Shown here one piece after another: positions 6,821 to 13,265 of a stretch of DNA of 42,107 nucleotides. The DNA is taken from the IMG/VR virus record IMGVR_UViG_3300028063_000002, positions 1 through 42,107 of that record; one strand, 5' to 3'. The translations under genes and the position numbers were made by a program. The notes beneath the pieces were generated by a model, which did not search any database, had not been told where the DNA came from, and saw only the letters and a list, made by a program, of their open reading frames with translations. Every line of letters begins with the position of its first letter. Position 1 is the first letter of the stretch. The DNA comes from a virus.

Positions 6821-6975
6821 CCCCCCGCCAGATTGGCGCCACCGACTACCAGCGGGGCCGGACGCGGGTGCAGAACCCTTATCGCCTCGCAGGACCGTCC
6901 AGGGCTGCATGGTTTGGGGGTTGGGATGATGCGTATAGAGTAGAGAATAAGGAGATGATGATATGTTTGGCTTAG
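6817..6975 (+). CDS. Small Rmf/CrpP-like protein (52 aa; not in the ORF track)
   Basis: Hand translation: MTPRQIGATDYQRGRTRVQNPYRLAGPSRAAWFGGWDDAYRVENKEMMICLA. ATGA overlap with the stop of 6512..6820. Y.RG...NPY-x9-AW-x-GGW matches the RMF-type signature. Confidence 0.6.
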   Translation: MTPRQIGATDYQRGRTRVQNPYRLAGPSRAAWFGGWDDAYRVENKEMMICLA

Positions 6976-7142
6976 GAACTAACGATAGGCTTATTGCATG
7001 TCAGGTGCAGGCCGCTGCTGATGCGCAGCTAATCGCGAAGCTATGGGCTGAAAACGAACGCCTCCGCGCCCGCCTAGCCCCCTTCACCACCCCCAGAGCC
7101 CGAGATGACAAGGGCCGCTTCATCAAGGACACCGTGGCATGA
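6963..7142 (+). CDS. Hypothetical protein (59 aa; not in the ORF track)
   Basis: Hand translation: MFGLGTNDRLIACQVQAAADAQLIAKLWAENERLRARLAPFTTPRARDDKGRFIKDTVA. RBS AAGGAG upstream. Its stop forms an ATGA overlap with the start of 7139..7333. Confidence 0.55.
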   Translation: MFGLGTNDRLIACQVQAAADAQLIAKLWAENERLRARLAPFTTPRARDDKGRFIKDTVA

Positions 7143-7333
7143 CCCGCATAACCACCAACGGCCCCAATCACTACGACCCACGCCCGATGACAAGCTGGCA
7201 GCGCGATCATAGGGATGGACCGCTGTCCGCCATGAGGGAAGAACACAAACCCTTCTGGCGCTACATTTTCGCTGTGGTGCTTTTTCTTGCCGTCGTTATT
7301 GTCGTCGGCAATCTTATCGAGGTGATGCTATGA
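7139..7333 (+). CDS. Small membrane protein (C-terminal TM helix)
   Basis: ORF track. FWRYIFAVVLFLAVVIVVGNLI hydrophobic segment. ATGA coupling. Confidence 0.75.
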   Translation: MTRITTNGPNHYDPRPMTSWQRDHRDGPLSAMREEHKPFWRYIFAVVLFLAVVIVVGNLIEVML

Positions 7334-8040
7334 AATACCTGTTTCTTACCGCTGCTCTTTTCGCCACAACCCCGGCAACCGCACAGGTCTACGCAGGCGC
7401 AGGCGGCGGTCTGCCCATCCCCAAGGACACGCGCGTCGAGATGAAGACCAACACCTTACGCGTGAAGACCGTAGACGGCTGGAACGGCTCGGTTGTGACC
7501 GGCTATCAGGCCAAGCGCTTCCGATTCGAATTGGAGGCACGCCGCGCGCAAATGTCGGTCGTGCGGATCAGCGACGCGAAGGGACGCAATCTGGACCTGT
7601 CCCAGCCCAGCGACGCACGACGCGAGGACAGCGGCTTCGCCAACGTGTACTACGCGCAGCCTCTCAGTGACGGGGTATCGGCGTTCGTCGGCGGCGGTGT
7701 CGGCGTGTCGCGACTGCGCATGCGTGCCAAGTCGGGCGCGGACTGCCGCGAGGTGCTGGCGGTGCGGATCGTCCACACCCAGAGCAGCGACCGTGACGGT
7801 CCCAACGGAGGCACCTGCACTGACCAGGGGCGTGGGTCCGACCCTGTGTTTTCGTGGCAGGCTATGGCCGGTCTGGACCTCCGTGCGGGTCGCTTCACGA
7901 TCAGCCCGACCGCGCGCTACGTGCGTCATGAGAACGTCGAGACTGCCGCCAAGAGCCAGCCGACGCGTGAAGTGCGGTTCCGCGACCACATCGACTATTC
8001 GTCAATCCAGGCGGCTATCGTCCTGCGTCGGAGTTTTTGA
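7330..8040 (+). CDS. Secreted outer-membrane beta-barrel protein (OmpA-like/opacity/Lom-Ail-like fold class)
   Basis: Signal peptide MKYLFLTAALFATTPATA|QV. Alternating hydrophobic beta-strand pattern (GFANVYYAQPL, AFVGGGVGVSRL, WQAMAGLDLR). C-terminal AAIVLRRSF ends in Phe, like an OMP beta-signal. Confidence 0.7.
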   Translation: MKYLFLTAALFATTPATAQVYAGAGGGLPIPKDTRVEMKTNTLRVKTVDGWNGSVVTGYQAKRFRFELEARRAQMSVVRISDAKGRNLDLSQPSDARREDSGFANVYYAQPLSDGVSAFVGGGVGVSRLRMRAKSGADCREVLAVRIVHTQSSDRDGPNGGTCTDQGRGSDPVFSWQAMAGLDLRAGRFTISPTARYVRHENVETAAKSQPTREVRFRDHIDYSSIQAAIVLRRSF

Positions 8041-8041
8041 G

Positions 8042-9184
8042 ATGACCGAACAGCGTCCTGAACTAAACGATGATTGGTTCGAGAAGGCAGACGCCTATCA
8101 AGGTGAAAAGCTTGTTCGCAAAGGGACCGATACGACAGACCAGCAAGCGGTGACGGTTGCGCATGTCGATCACATGCGCGCCTCCGAGATCATGAAGCAA
8201 TTCGGTTACATGGGCACGAAAATGCAGGGTGGCGCCGATTATCAATATCTGCTTCGCGAGTTGGCATCCCACCGCCTCGCCTCTGTATCATCCGCGAGTG
8301 CAGAGCCACGGAAGGACACCGTCGCTTTCGTTCAAGACTGGCTGATGAACTCCGACTATGACCCGACGCAGTTCGACAAGGGTTTTGCCGCCGCGATCGA
8401 CGCCCGTCATGGTTTTGATGACGCCGCTTTGACTGCGATAGCCGAGCGGTTCTGCGCCGCCCCGTTGCCCGATACCGTTTGCGCCGACTTGGTTGCGATC
8501 AAGCCGATGGCGGGGCGCAGCGGCACGAACCTGATGACCGTCGCGGAGGCCAAGGCGGTCCTGCGATCGATCTTCCCCGAATCTGTACCCGCGACCAATC
8601 AGGCGGGAGAGGTGGAGATCGTCAGTTGGCTCGAAGCGGAGCAGAAGCGGCTGGACGACGAAGCGGGCGATTACCTCATGGATACCGCCGACTGTATCAA
8701 TGTGATCCGCGAGAAGTTCGCCGCCCTCGCTACTCAGCCCGCAACGTCGCAGGAGGGGGAGGGAACGCTGGCCAATCCCAGCACATTCGGGAAACCGACA
8801 TTTGGCCTCGCCGCTACTCCGACTCCTACGGGAACATCTAAGGAGGCAGATTGGGTTGCAGTACCGCGCGTTCCGACTGAAGCGATGTTGAAGGCCGGGC
8901 AAGCTGCTGCTGACGATCATCGCTGGAAGTGGTGCGGATATGGCCCACGGGAGCCGGGGCAGGGATTGGACGGGATGATGTTCCACGTCCGTGAAGCTTT
9001 CACCGCCATGCTCGCCGCATCCCCCGAACCTGTACCCGCGACCAATCAGGCGGGAGAGGTGGAGCGGTTGCGGGTGGCCCTAGAGCGCATTCGCGATACG
9101 CGAGACAATCTCGTGTCGTCCGTAACCATTCAGGGGATGCGGAACATCGCCGGGCTCGCCCTGCTTGGGGAGGTTTTGCCATGA
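8042..9184 (+). CDS. Multi-module hypothetical protein (380 aa) built from small domains joined by repeated linkers
   Basis: Start set at MTEQRPEL, 1 nt after the stop of 7330..8040. The track's 505-aa form overlaps the OMP gene out of frame. Contains PE(S/P)VPATNQAGEVE twice and LATQPATSQEGEG once. Confidence 0.8.
   Translation: MTEQRPELNDDWFEKADAYQGEKLVRKGTDTTDQQAVTVAHVDHMRASEIMKQFGYMGTKMQGGADYQYLLRELASHRLASVSSASAEPRKDTVAFVQDWLMNSDYDPTQFDKGFAAAIDARHGFDDAALTAIAERFCAAPLPDTVCADLVAIKPMAGRSGTNLMTVAEAKAVLRSIFPESVPATNQAGEVEIVSWLEAEQKRLDDEAGDYLMDTADCINVIREKFAALATQPATSQEGEGTLANPSTFGKPTFGLAATPTPTGTSKEADWVAVPRVPTEAMLKAGQAAADDHRWKWCGYGPREPGQGLDGMMFHVREAFTAMLAASPEPVPATNQAGEVERLRVALERIRDTRDNLVSSVTIQGMRNIAGLALLGEVLP
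8576..8617 (+). repeat. 42-nt coding linker repeat, copy 1 (copy 2 at 9023..9064; diverged inverted copy at about 471-502)
   Basis: cccgaatctgtacccgcgaccaatcaggcgggagaggtggag versus cccgaacctgtacccgcgaccaatcaggcgggagaggtggag: 41/42 identical by eye. Confidence 0.85.
8726..8763 (+). repeat. 38-nt coding linker repeat, copy 1 (copy 2 at 9307..9344; diverged inverted copy at about 335-373)
   Basis: ctcgctactcagcccgcaacgtcgcaggagggggaggg versus ctcgctacccagcccgcaacgtcgcaggagggggaggg: 37/38 identical by eye. Confidence 0.85.
9023..9064 (+). repeat. 42-nt coding linker repeat, copy 2
   Basis: See 8576..8617. Encodes PEPVPATNQAGEVE. Confidence 0.85.
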
Positions 9185-9816
9185 CGCGGCTTCTGAACAC
9201 AGACGAAGCCCGCCTCGCAGTCTGGCAGGCTATCGAAGCGATCACCATTGGCAACGCTACAGATGACAAGCTGATCGTCGCCAATCTCGCAAAGGGCGGC
9301 ATTTACCTCGCTACCCAGCCCGCAACGTCGCAGGAGGGGGAGGGTGTCTGGGCCGCACTGGACGATCGCGCGACGGTGGCATGTGACGCGGAGTGCAACG
9401 GCGATCTTGGCCTGCATGATGCCGGATGCCAGCGCGCAACGGCTCTCCTGAACGCCCGCAAAGACGCCCTCGTCGCCACCCCGACGCCTCCCACCCTATC
9501 GGAGGACTTGCGGGAGGCTGTGTGGCGCGCTTTCGTGCTGGTCGACCACTTCGCGGGCGAAGGGCTTATTTACCACTGCGAGGATGGCTCCCGGCTGGCT
9601 GCGGATGTAGCCGCCCAAGAGATATGCACTGCGGTCGGCATCGAACTCGAAGACGGTTGGCCTCGCATCGCGGCAGCTAGGGTCGGCGCCCAGCCTGCTC
9701 GGCTCATAAAGCTGGCTCGGCAGAACTTGGCCCTGACGCAGGGCTGCATGGAGTGCAACGCCGAAGACGAGCGCCGCTGGGCCGACACGATCCGCTGGCT
9801 GGAGGAAAACGCATGA
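9181..9816 (+). CDS. Modular hypothetical protein (Cys-rich)
   Basis: ORF track. ATGA overlaps on both sides. Carries the LATQPATSQEGEG linker after a 44-aa N-terminal module. Confidence 0.8.
   Translation: MTRLLNTDEARLAVWQAIEAITIGNATDDKLIVANLAKGGIYLATQPATSQEGEGVWAALDDRATVACDAECNGDLGLHDAGCQRATALLNARKDALVATPTPPTLSEDLREAVWRAFVLVDHFAGEGLIYHCEDGSRLAADVAAQEICTAVGIELEDGWPRIAAARVGAQPARLIKLARQNLALTQGCMECNAEDERRWADTIRWLEENA
9307..9344 (+). repeat. 38-nt coding linker repeat, copy 2
   Basis: See 8726..8763. Encodes LATQPATSQEGEG in the next gene. Confidence 0.85.
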
Positions 9817-10154
9817 ACAAGCTATTCGCCATGATCGGCGCGCATGCGTTGGCTGATTACCCGCTGCAAGGCGATTTCCTCGCGAAGGCCAAGAACCGGA
9901 CCGCGCCCATCCCCGGCGTGCCTTGGTATCAGGCTCTCGGGGCGCACGCGGTGATCCACGGTGCCGCTGTTGCCGTTATCACGCGCTCGCCTGTTCTTGG
10001 CTTGGCTGAGACGGCAATCCACGCGCTGACCGACGACCTTAAGTGCCGGGGCAGGCTGTCGTTCAATCAGGATCAGGCGATCCACCTCGCGTGCAAGGTT
10101 CTGTGGGCTGCTCTCTCGACACCCGCCGCCCTCGCACAGGTAAAGGCATCATGA
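9813..10154 (+). CDS. DUF3307-like membrane protein
   Basis: Start at MNKLFAMIGAHALADYPLQGDF (ATGA overlap with 9181..9816). H...DY.LQ and H.LTD..K motifs recall DUF3307. Hydrophobic segments. Confidence 0.65.
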   Translation: MNKLFAMIGAHALADYPLQGDFLAKAKNRTAPIPGVPWYQALGAHAVIHGAAVAVITRSPVLGLAETAIHALTDDLKCRGRLSFNQDQAIHLACKVLWAALSTPAALAQVKAS

Positions 10155-10609
10155 GCGGGGAGCATCAGACCTGGAGCGTCGACAGCACCGCGTACCTGCG
10201 CAATCTCGACCAGGAAGACCTGCGCGCTGAGTGCATCGCGGTCCACTACCAGAGCGCGCCCAAAAAGACGGAGCGTGGGACATCGATCGGGCTGCGCTTC
10301 CCGACGCTGATCGTTGCGGGATACGTCGAGAAGCCGCGCGAGGTGGCCGACAAGATTGCTGCCATCCTGAACGCTCATTGGAGCGAGGACGATGCCACCA
10401 CACCCCCAGCGCGGTCCTATGCGGATGCGATCAAAGACGCGGCAAAGGTGGCAGATGCCGGGCTTGCGCAGTGGAATAAGATCGTTGCGGCAGGCGGTGT
10501 AACCGTCGCCGGCATATCGATTACCGAGGAAGAGGCGCACGTCGCCGCAGGGGCGTGTGAAGCACTTGCCGCCGCCATCCGCCTCTTGCCGCAGGGAGAG
10601 AAGGCATGA
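10151..10609 (+). CDS. Hypothetical protein
   Basis: Start at MSGEHQTW (ATGA overlap with 9813..10154). The rest is from track ORF 10043..10609. Confidence 0.75.
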   Translation: MSGEHQTWSVDSTAYLRNLDQEDLRAECIAVHYQSAPKKTERGTSIGLRFPTLIVAGYVEKPREVADKIAAILNAHWSEDDATTPPARSYADAIKDAAKVADAGLAQWNKIVAAGGVTVAGISITEEEAHVAAGACEALAAAIRLLPQGEKA

Positions 10610-10779
10610 GCGATCCTGAAACAATAGAAATCATGCGCGACCACGCCATCAAGCTGATGAGCTTGGCGATGATGATCCGAGAGGGCGATATAGACTTCCG
10701 TGGTGACGACTGCGAATCGGCGCGGGAGTTGATCGCCGAACTAGCGGAGGAATGCGCGCTGCACTACGGGGGTATGTAA
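10606..10779 (+). CDS. Hypothetical acidic protein (57 aa; not in the ORF track); last gene of the plus operon
   Basis: Hand translation: MSDPETIEIMRDHAIKLMSLAMMIREGDIDFRGDDCESARELIAELAEECALHYGGM. ATGA overlap with the stop of 10151..10609. Followed by a hairpin. Confidence 0.55.
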   Translation: MSDPETIEIMRDHAIKLMSLAMMIREGDIDFRGDDCESARELIAELAEECALHYGGM

Positions 10780-10783
10780 TAGC

Positions 10784-10814
10784 GGCGTGGCGGGCTTCGC
10801 ACACCTGCCACGCC
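10784..10814 (+). terminator. Candidate terminator of the plus-strand operon
   Basis: GGCGTGGC(ggg)cttcgcaca(cct)GCCACGCC stem of 8-11 bp, 5 nt after the TAA at 10777-10779, followed by TATTACGAT (a poor U-tract). Confidence 0.45.
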
Positions 10815-10873
10815 TATTACGATCCATTCCACCGACTAGGAAGGTTTGGTGGCGGCACCCTAGCCCAACAGAC

Positions 10874-10912
10874 GGAACGTGTAAAGAAACCCCCAATTCC
10901 TTCACACGTCCC
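10874..10912 (-). terminator. Candidate terminator of the long minus-strand (late/lysis) transcript
   Basis: Minus strand: GGACGTGTGAAGGAAttgggggtTTCTTTACACGTTCC, an imperfect long hairpin 20 nt after the stop of 10933..11106. Convergent with the plus-operon terminator. Confidence 0.4.
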
Positions 10913-10932
10913 AAACCATATGCAAACCCGCT

Positions 10933-11106
10933 TTACAGGATATGCTTGCCCACCTGCCGCACACCCTCATTCTTAGCCGCCTCTACCAGAGCATCCTTGG
11001 CCGCATCGAGCGTCAGGGGTGCTTTGGGGTTTTTGGCGATGTTGGCGACGGCGGGAATCAGGACGCGCTTGGCGAGGGTGGTTAGGATCTTACCGAATAG
11101 GCTCAT
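10933..11106 (-). CDS. Short cationic amphipathic peptide (57 aa; not in the ORF track) at the end of the lysis cassette; disruptin-like candidate
   Basis: Hand translation: MSLFGKILTTLAKRVLIPAVANIAKNPKAPLTLDAAKDALVEAAKNEGVRQVGKHIL. RBS GGAGA 6-7 nt upstream. Net positive charge, no Cys, no TM helix. Confidence 0.55.
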   Translation of the reverse strand: MSLFGKILTTLAKRVLIPAVANIAKNPKAPLTLDAAKDALVEAAKNEGVRQVGKHIL

Positions 11107-11401
11107 GGGTTGTCTCCGTTACAGATAGGGGATCCGCAGGCGTTCCGGCTGGTGTAGCGGCCTGCTTCTCAACAATGTTGGCATTGCGCTCTGCGAGTTC
11201 CCCACCACCCTTGGTGGCGGCATAGGCCCAAGATACAACGTCTTTGATGAAGGCGCCGACCACCAGCGTGCCGAGCGTCTTAAAATACTCGTTCTCACGT
11301 AGCGCCGGGATGGTAGCGGTCATTACGAATACCATGACGGTTAGCAGAAATACGCCAATCCCGATCCAACCGCGTGCGTCAGGCCACCTAATGTTGGTCA
11401 T
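11090..11401 (-). CDS. Membrane protein of the lysis cassette (two predicted TM segments, Pro/Thr-rich tail)
   Basis: ORF track. GWIGIGVFLLTVMVFVMTATI and TLGTLVVGAFIKDVVSWAYAA. ATGA overlap with the endolysin stop. Confidence 0.75.
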   Translation of the reverse strand: MTNIRWPDARGWIGIGVFLLTVMVFVMTATIPALRENEYFKTLGTLVVGAFIKDVVSWAYAATKGGGELAERNANIVEKQAATPAGTPADPLSVTETTHEPIR

Positions 11402-11979
11402 GCTAACAGCGCCTTAGCCTTAGCCAAATAGGCTTTGCGATCTGACAACCCGTTCTGCCCACCATTCACGCGCTTCGTGATTGCAACAATATCGTCAGCG
11501 TCGGCAAGTTCGTTTAGGCCGCGCATCTTCCAGAAATGGCAAGCCGCCAGCAACCCAATGGACGGCAACGCGACAATCTCGGGGTTGTTCTCGAAATCAA
11601 TGCCTAGTGCGCGGCCGAACAGCCGGTAGTTAGCGCGTCCAGTAAGCTGGATCGGACCACGGCCCTTGTACCGCTTGCCGTCACCTGCTTGCGTGTTGCC
11701 CAGGTCCGCGCGGCCCTCATAGGCAGCACCGCTGGCGATCTCCTCCATATAGCGGAATCCGCCACTTTCATGAGAAAGCTGCGCCATGAAGTGTGCCAGT
11801 CGCAATTCAGTGTCAAAAATACCGTAAGCACGAAGGTGGACGTTCGCCGCCAAACCTAATTCCAAAGAACGGTCTACATTGGCGCCGAATCGAGCAAACA
11901 GAGCTCGGCATGTATCAGGGCCGATAAACCCGTCATCCACAAGGCCCAATGCCCGCTGAAGCTTCTTTACGTCAATCAT
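11398..11979 (-). CDS. Endolysin: N-terminal peptidoglycan-binding domain plus glycoside hydrolase family 19 (chitinase-like) catalytic domain
   Basis: LQRALGLVDDGFIGPDTCRAL (PG_binding_1-like). AHFMAQLSHESGGFRYMEE...YKGRGPIQLTGRANY...VNGGQNG are GH19 lysozyme signatures. Start set at MIDVKK (ATGA overlap with 11976..12299). Confidence 0.9.
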   Translation of the reverse strand: MIDVKKLQRALGLVDDGFIGPDTCRALFARFGANVDRSLELGLAANVHLRAYGIFDTELRLAHFMAQLSHESGGFRYMEEIASGAAYEGRADLGNTQAGDGKRYKGRGPIQLTGRANYRLFGRALGIDFENNPEIVALPSIGLLAACHFWKMRGLNELADADDIVAITKRVNGGQNGLSDRKAYLAKAKALLA

Positions 11980-12299
11980 GGCTTCCCTCTCTGCGCCTTC
12001 CACACCATGCCCTGTCGGACCATCTGCTTGTTGGCGCGTGCGTGTTTATGGTCTCGCCACGTTCTGCCAGCGAGGAACAGGATAACCCCGTATGTCAGCA
12101 GCGAGATGGACCACCCCTCAAAGGGGTTGTCGTTCTTGAACATGATAACCGGGATGGTAAGGAACGAGCCAGCGCCCATCATCCCCAACCCGATGCGTTC
12201 GCAGAAATTGGTCATCTCGCGAAACTGCGTCAGCTTGAAGACAACGATAGCCGTAACGACCACGCGCCCCGCTACGTTCATGACATCAAAGACCATCAT
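11976..12299 (-). CDS. Holin candidate (membrane protein directly upstream of the endolysin)
   Basis: ORF track. 2-3 hydrophobic helices and a basic C-terminal tail (RDHKHARANKQMVRQGMVWKAQRGKP), typical of holins. Confidence 0.6.
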   Translation of the reverse strand: MMVFDVMNVAGRVVVTAIVVFKLTQFREMTNFCERIGLGMMGAGSFLTIPVIMFKNDNPFEGWSISLLTYGVILFLAGRTWRDHKHARANKQMVRQGMVWKAQRGKP

Positions 12300-12610
12300 G
12301 CCGGATCCTTCCCGCCGAACAGGGCGACACCGGCCTTAGCCTTGTGAATTGCGAACGGTAGAAGGATATTCCAGCCAGTGCCGCCGATGTAGACGATGGC
12401 GTTGGTAGCACGGATGTTGGTTTCCTCGATACCCATCCACTGTGCGATGGACGGCATGAAGAATACGGCGAACCCGAAACCGGAGAACAACGTAAGCGCG
12501 ATCTGCACCCACGTCATTTCCTTATAGGTCATTTGTGCGAGCGCGGTCACAGCACCGGCCAGTGCTGACATGAACATCCAGATATGGCGCATATCGCTGT
12601 CATTAATCAC
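12296..12610 (-). CDS. Second holin/antiholin candidate (three predicted TM segments)
   Basis: ORF track. IWMFMSALAGAVTALA, VQIALTLFSGFGFAVFFMPSI, AIVYIGGTGWNILLPFAI. ATGA coupling. Confidence 0.55.
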   Translation of the reverse strand: MINDSDMRHIWMFMSALAGAVTALAQMTYKEMTWVQIALTLFSGFGFAVFFMPSIAQWMGIEETNIRATNAIVYIGGTGWNILLPFAIHKAKAGVALFGGKDPA

Positions 12611-13110
12611 GACGCATCTTCAACCACTCTGCGGGAATCACTGCGTACACCACGAAGGCCACGCCAAAGAGTAAGCAAACGTACGGCACAGTCACCACCC
12701 CCAACCACGAAAATCGTCGCAAGCTGGATAATCAAAGCCGCGTCCAGCACCCGGCGGTAGTCGAGATATTCAAGGCCATTACACCGTGCCACGGCATGCA
12801 TCGCCAGCGTCACAAGATACACAGACCACAGGATAGGCGACCACCAAAGATGACGGCACGCGAAGCCTATTACGATCAACGAACAGAGGTCGATAAAAGA
12901 CCATGTGTCTTCATGCGTAACATATACGCCCCAGCCTCTCACGATAAACGCCAGCGAGGCTGGGGCATATATCCAGGGCAGCGAGAACAGCAGCCAGTTG
13001 ATCGAGATGACCACCGCTGCCGTCATGACGCATTTGCGGTCCACCTTCACGCAGGACGACACTGCCACGGCAGCGGCGCAAAGCAGTCCGAACGTGACGA
13101 TGGACCACAT
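12607..13110 (-). CDS. Polytopic membrane protein (about 5 TM), function unknown
   Basis: ORF track. Trp-rich hydrophobic segments. ATGA-coupled to the holin candidates. Confidence 0.75.
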   Translation of the reverse strand: MWSIVTFGLLCAAAVAVSSCVKVDRKCVMTAAVVISINWLLFSLPWIYAPASLAFIVRGWGVYVTHEDTWSFIDLCSLIVIGFACRHLWWSPILWSVYLVTLAMHAVARCNGLEYLDYRRVLDAALIIQLATIFVVGGGDCAVRLLTLWRGLRGVRSDSRRVVEDAS

Positions 13111-13116
13111 TATAGG

Positions 13117-13236
13117 TCAGCCGCCGGGCTTCTTGGGCGGCTGCGTCGGGTTGGTGTTGCCGCCGCCGCCACTGCGCTGCGTGGTTCCGGGCTTCGGCTT
13201 GGGTGCCGGTTTCGGCTTCTTCGGTTTCTCGGCCAT
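13117..13236 (-). CDS. Possible Lys/Pro-rich micro-protein (39 aa; not in the ORF track)
   Basis: Hand translation: MAEKPKKPKPAPKPKPGTTQRSGGGGNTNPTQPPKKPGG. RBS AGGAG 9 nt upstream. Low complexity, so uncertain. Confidence 0.35.
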   Translation of the reverse strand: MAEKPKKPKPAPKPKPGTTQRSGGGGNTNPTQPPKKPGG

Positions 13237-13265
13237 GTCGTGATACTCCTACAATGGAACCCGGA

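Noticed and set aside
7667-8041. N-terminal 125 codons of the 505-aa ORF 7667..9184
   Set aside because: This part overlaps the signal-peptide OMP gene out of frame and is Arg/Ser/Cys-rich. The ATG at 8042 lies 1 nt after the OMP stop and starts a normal-looking protein.
8576-9344. Diversity-generating retroelement (TR/VR pair). The head genes recall BPP-1-like phages, which carry one.
   Set aside because: No reverse transcriptase gene is present in any frame. The repeats are short (38-42 nt) in-frame linkers. Their single mismatches are C/T changes, not the adenine-specific substitutions of a DGR.
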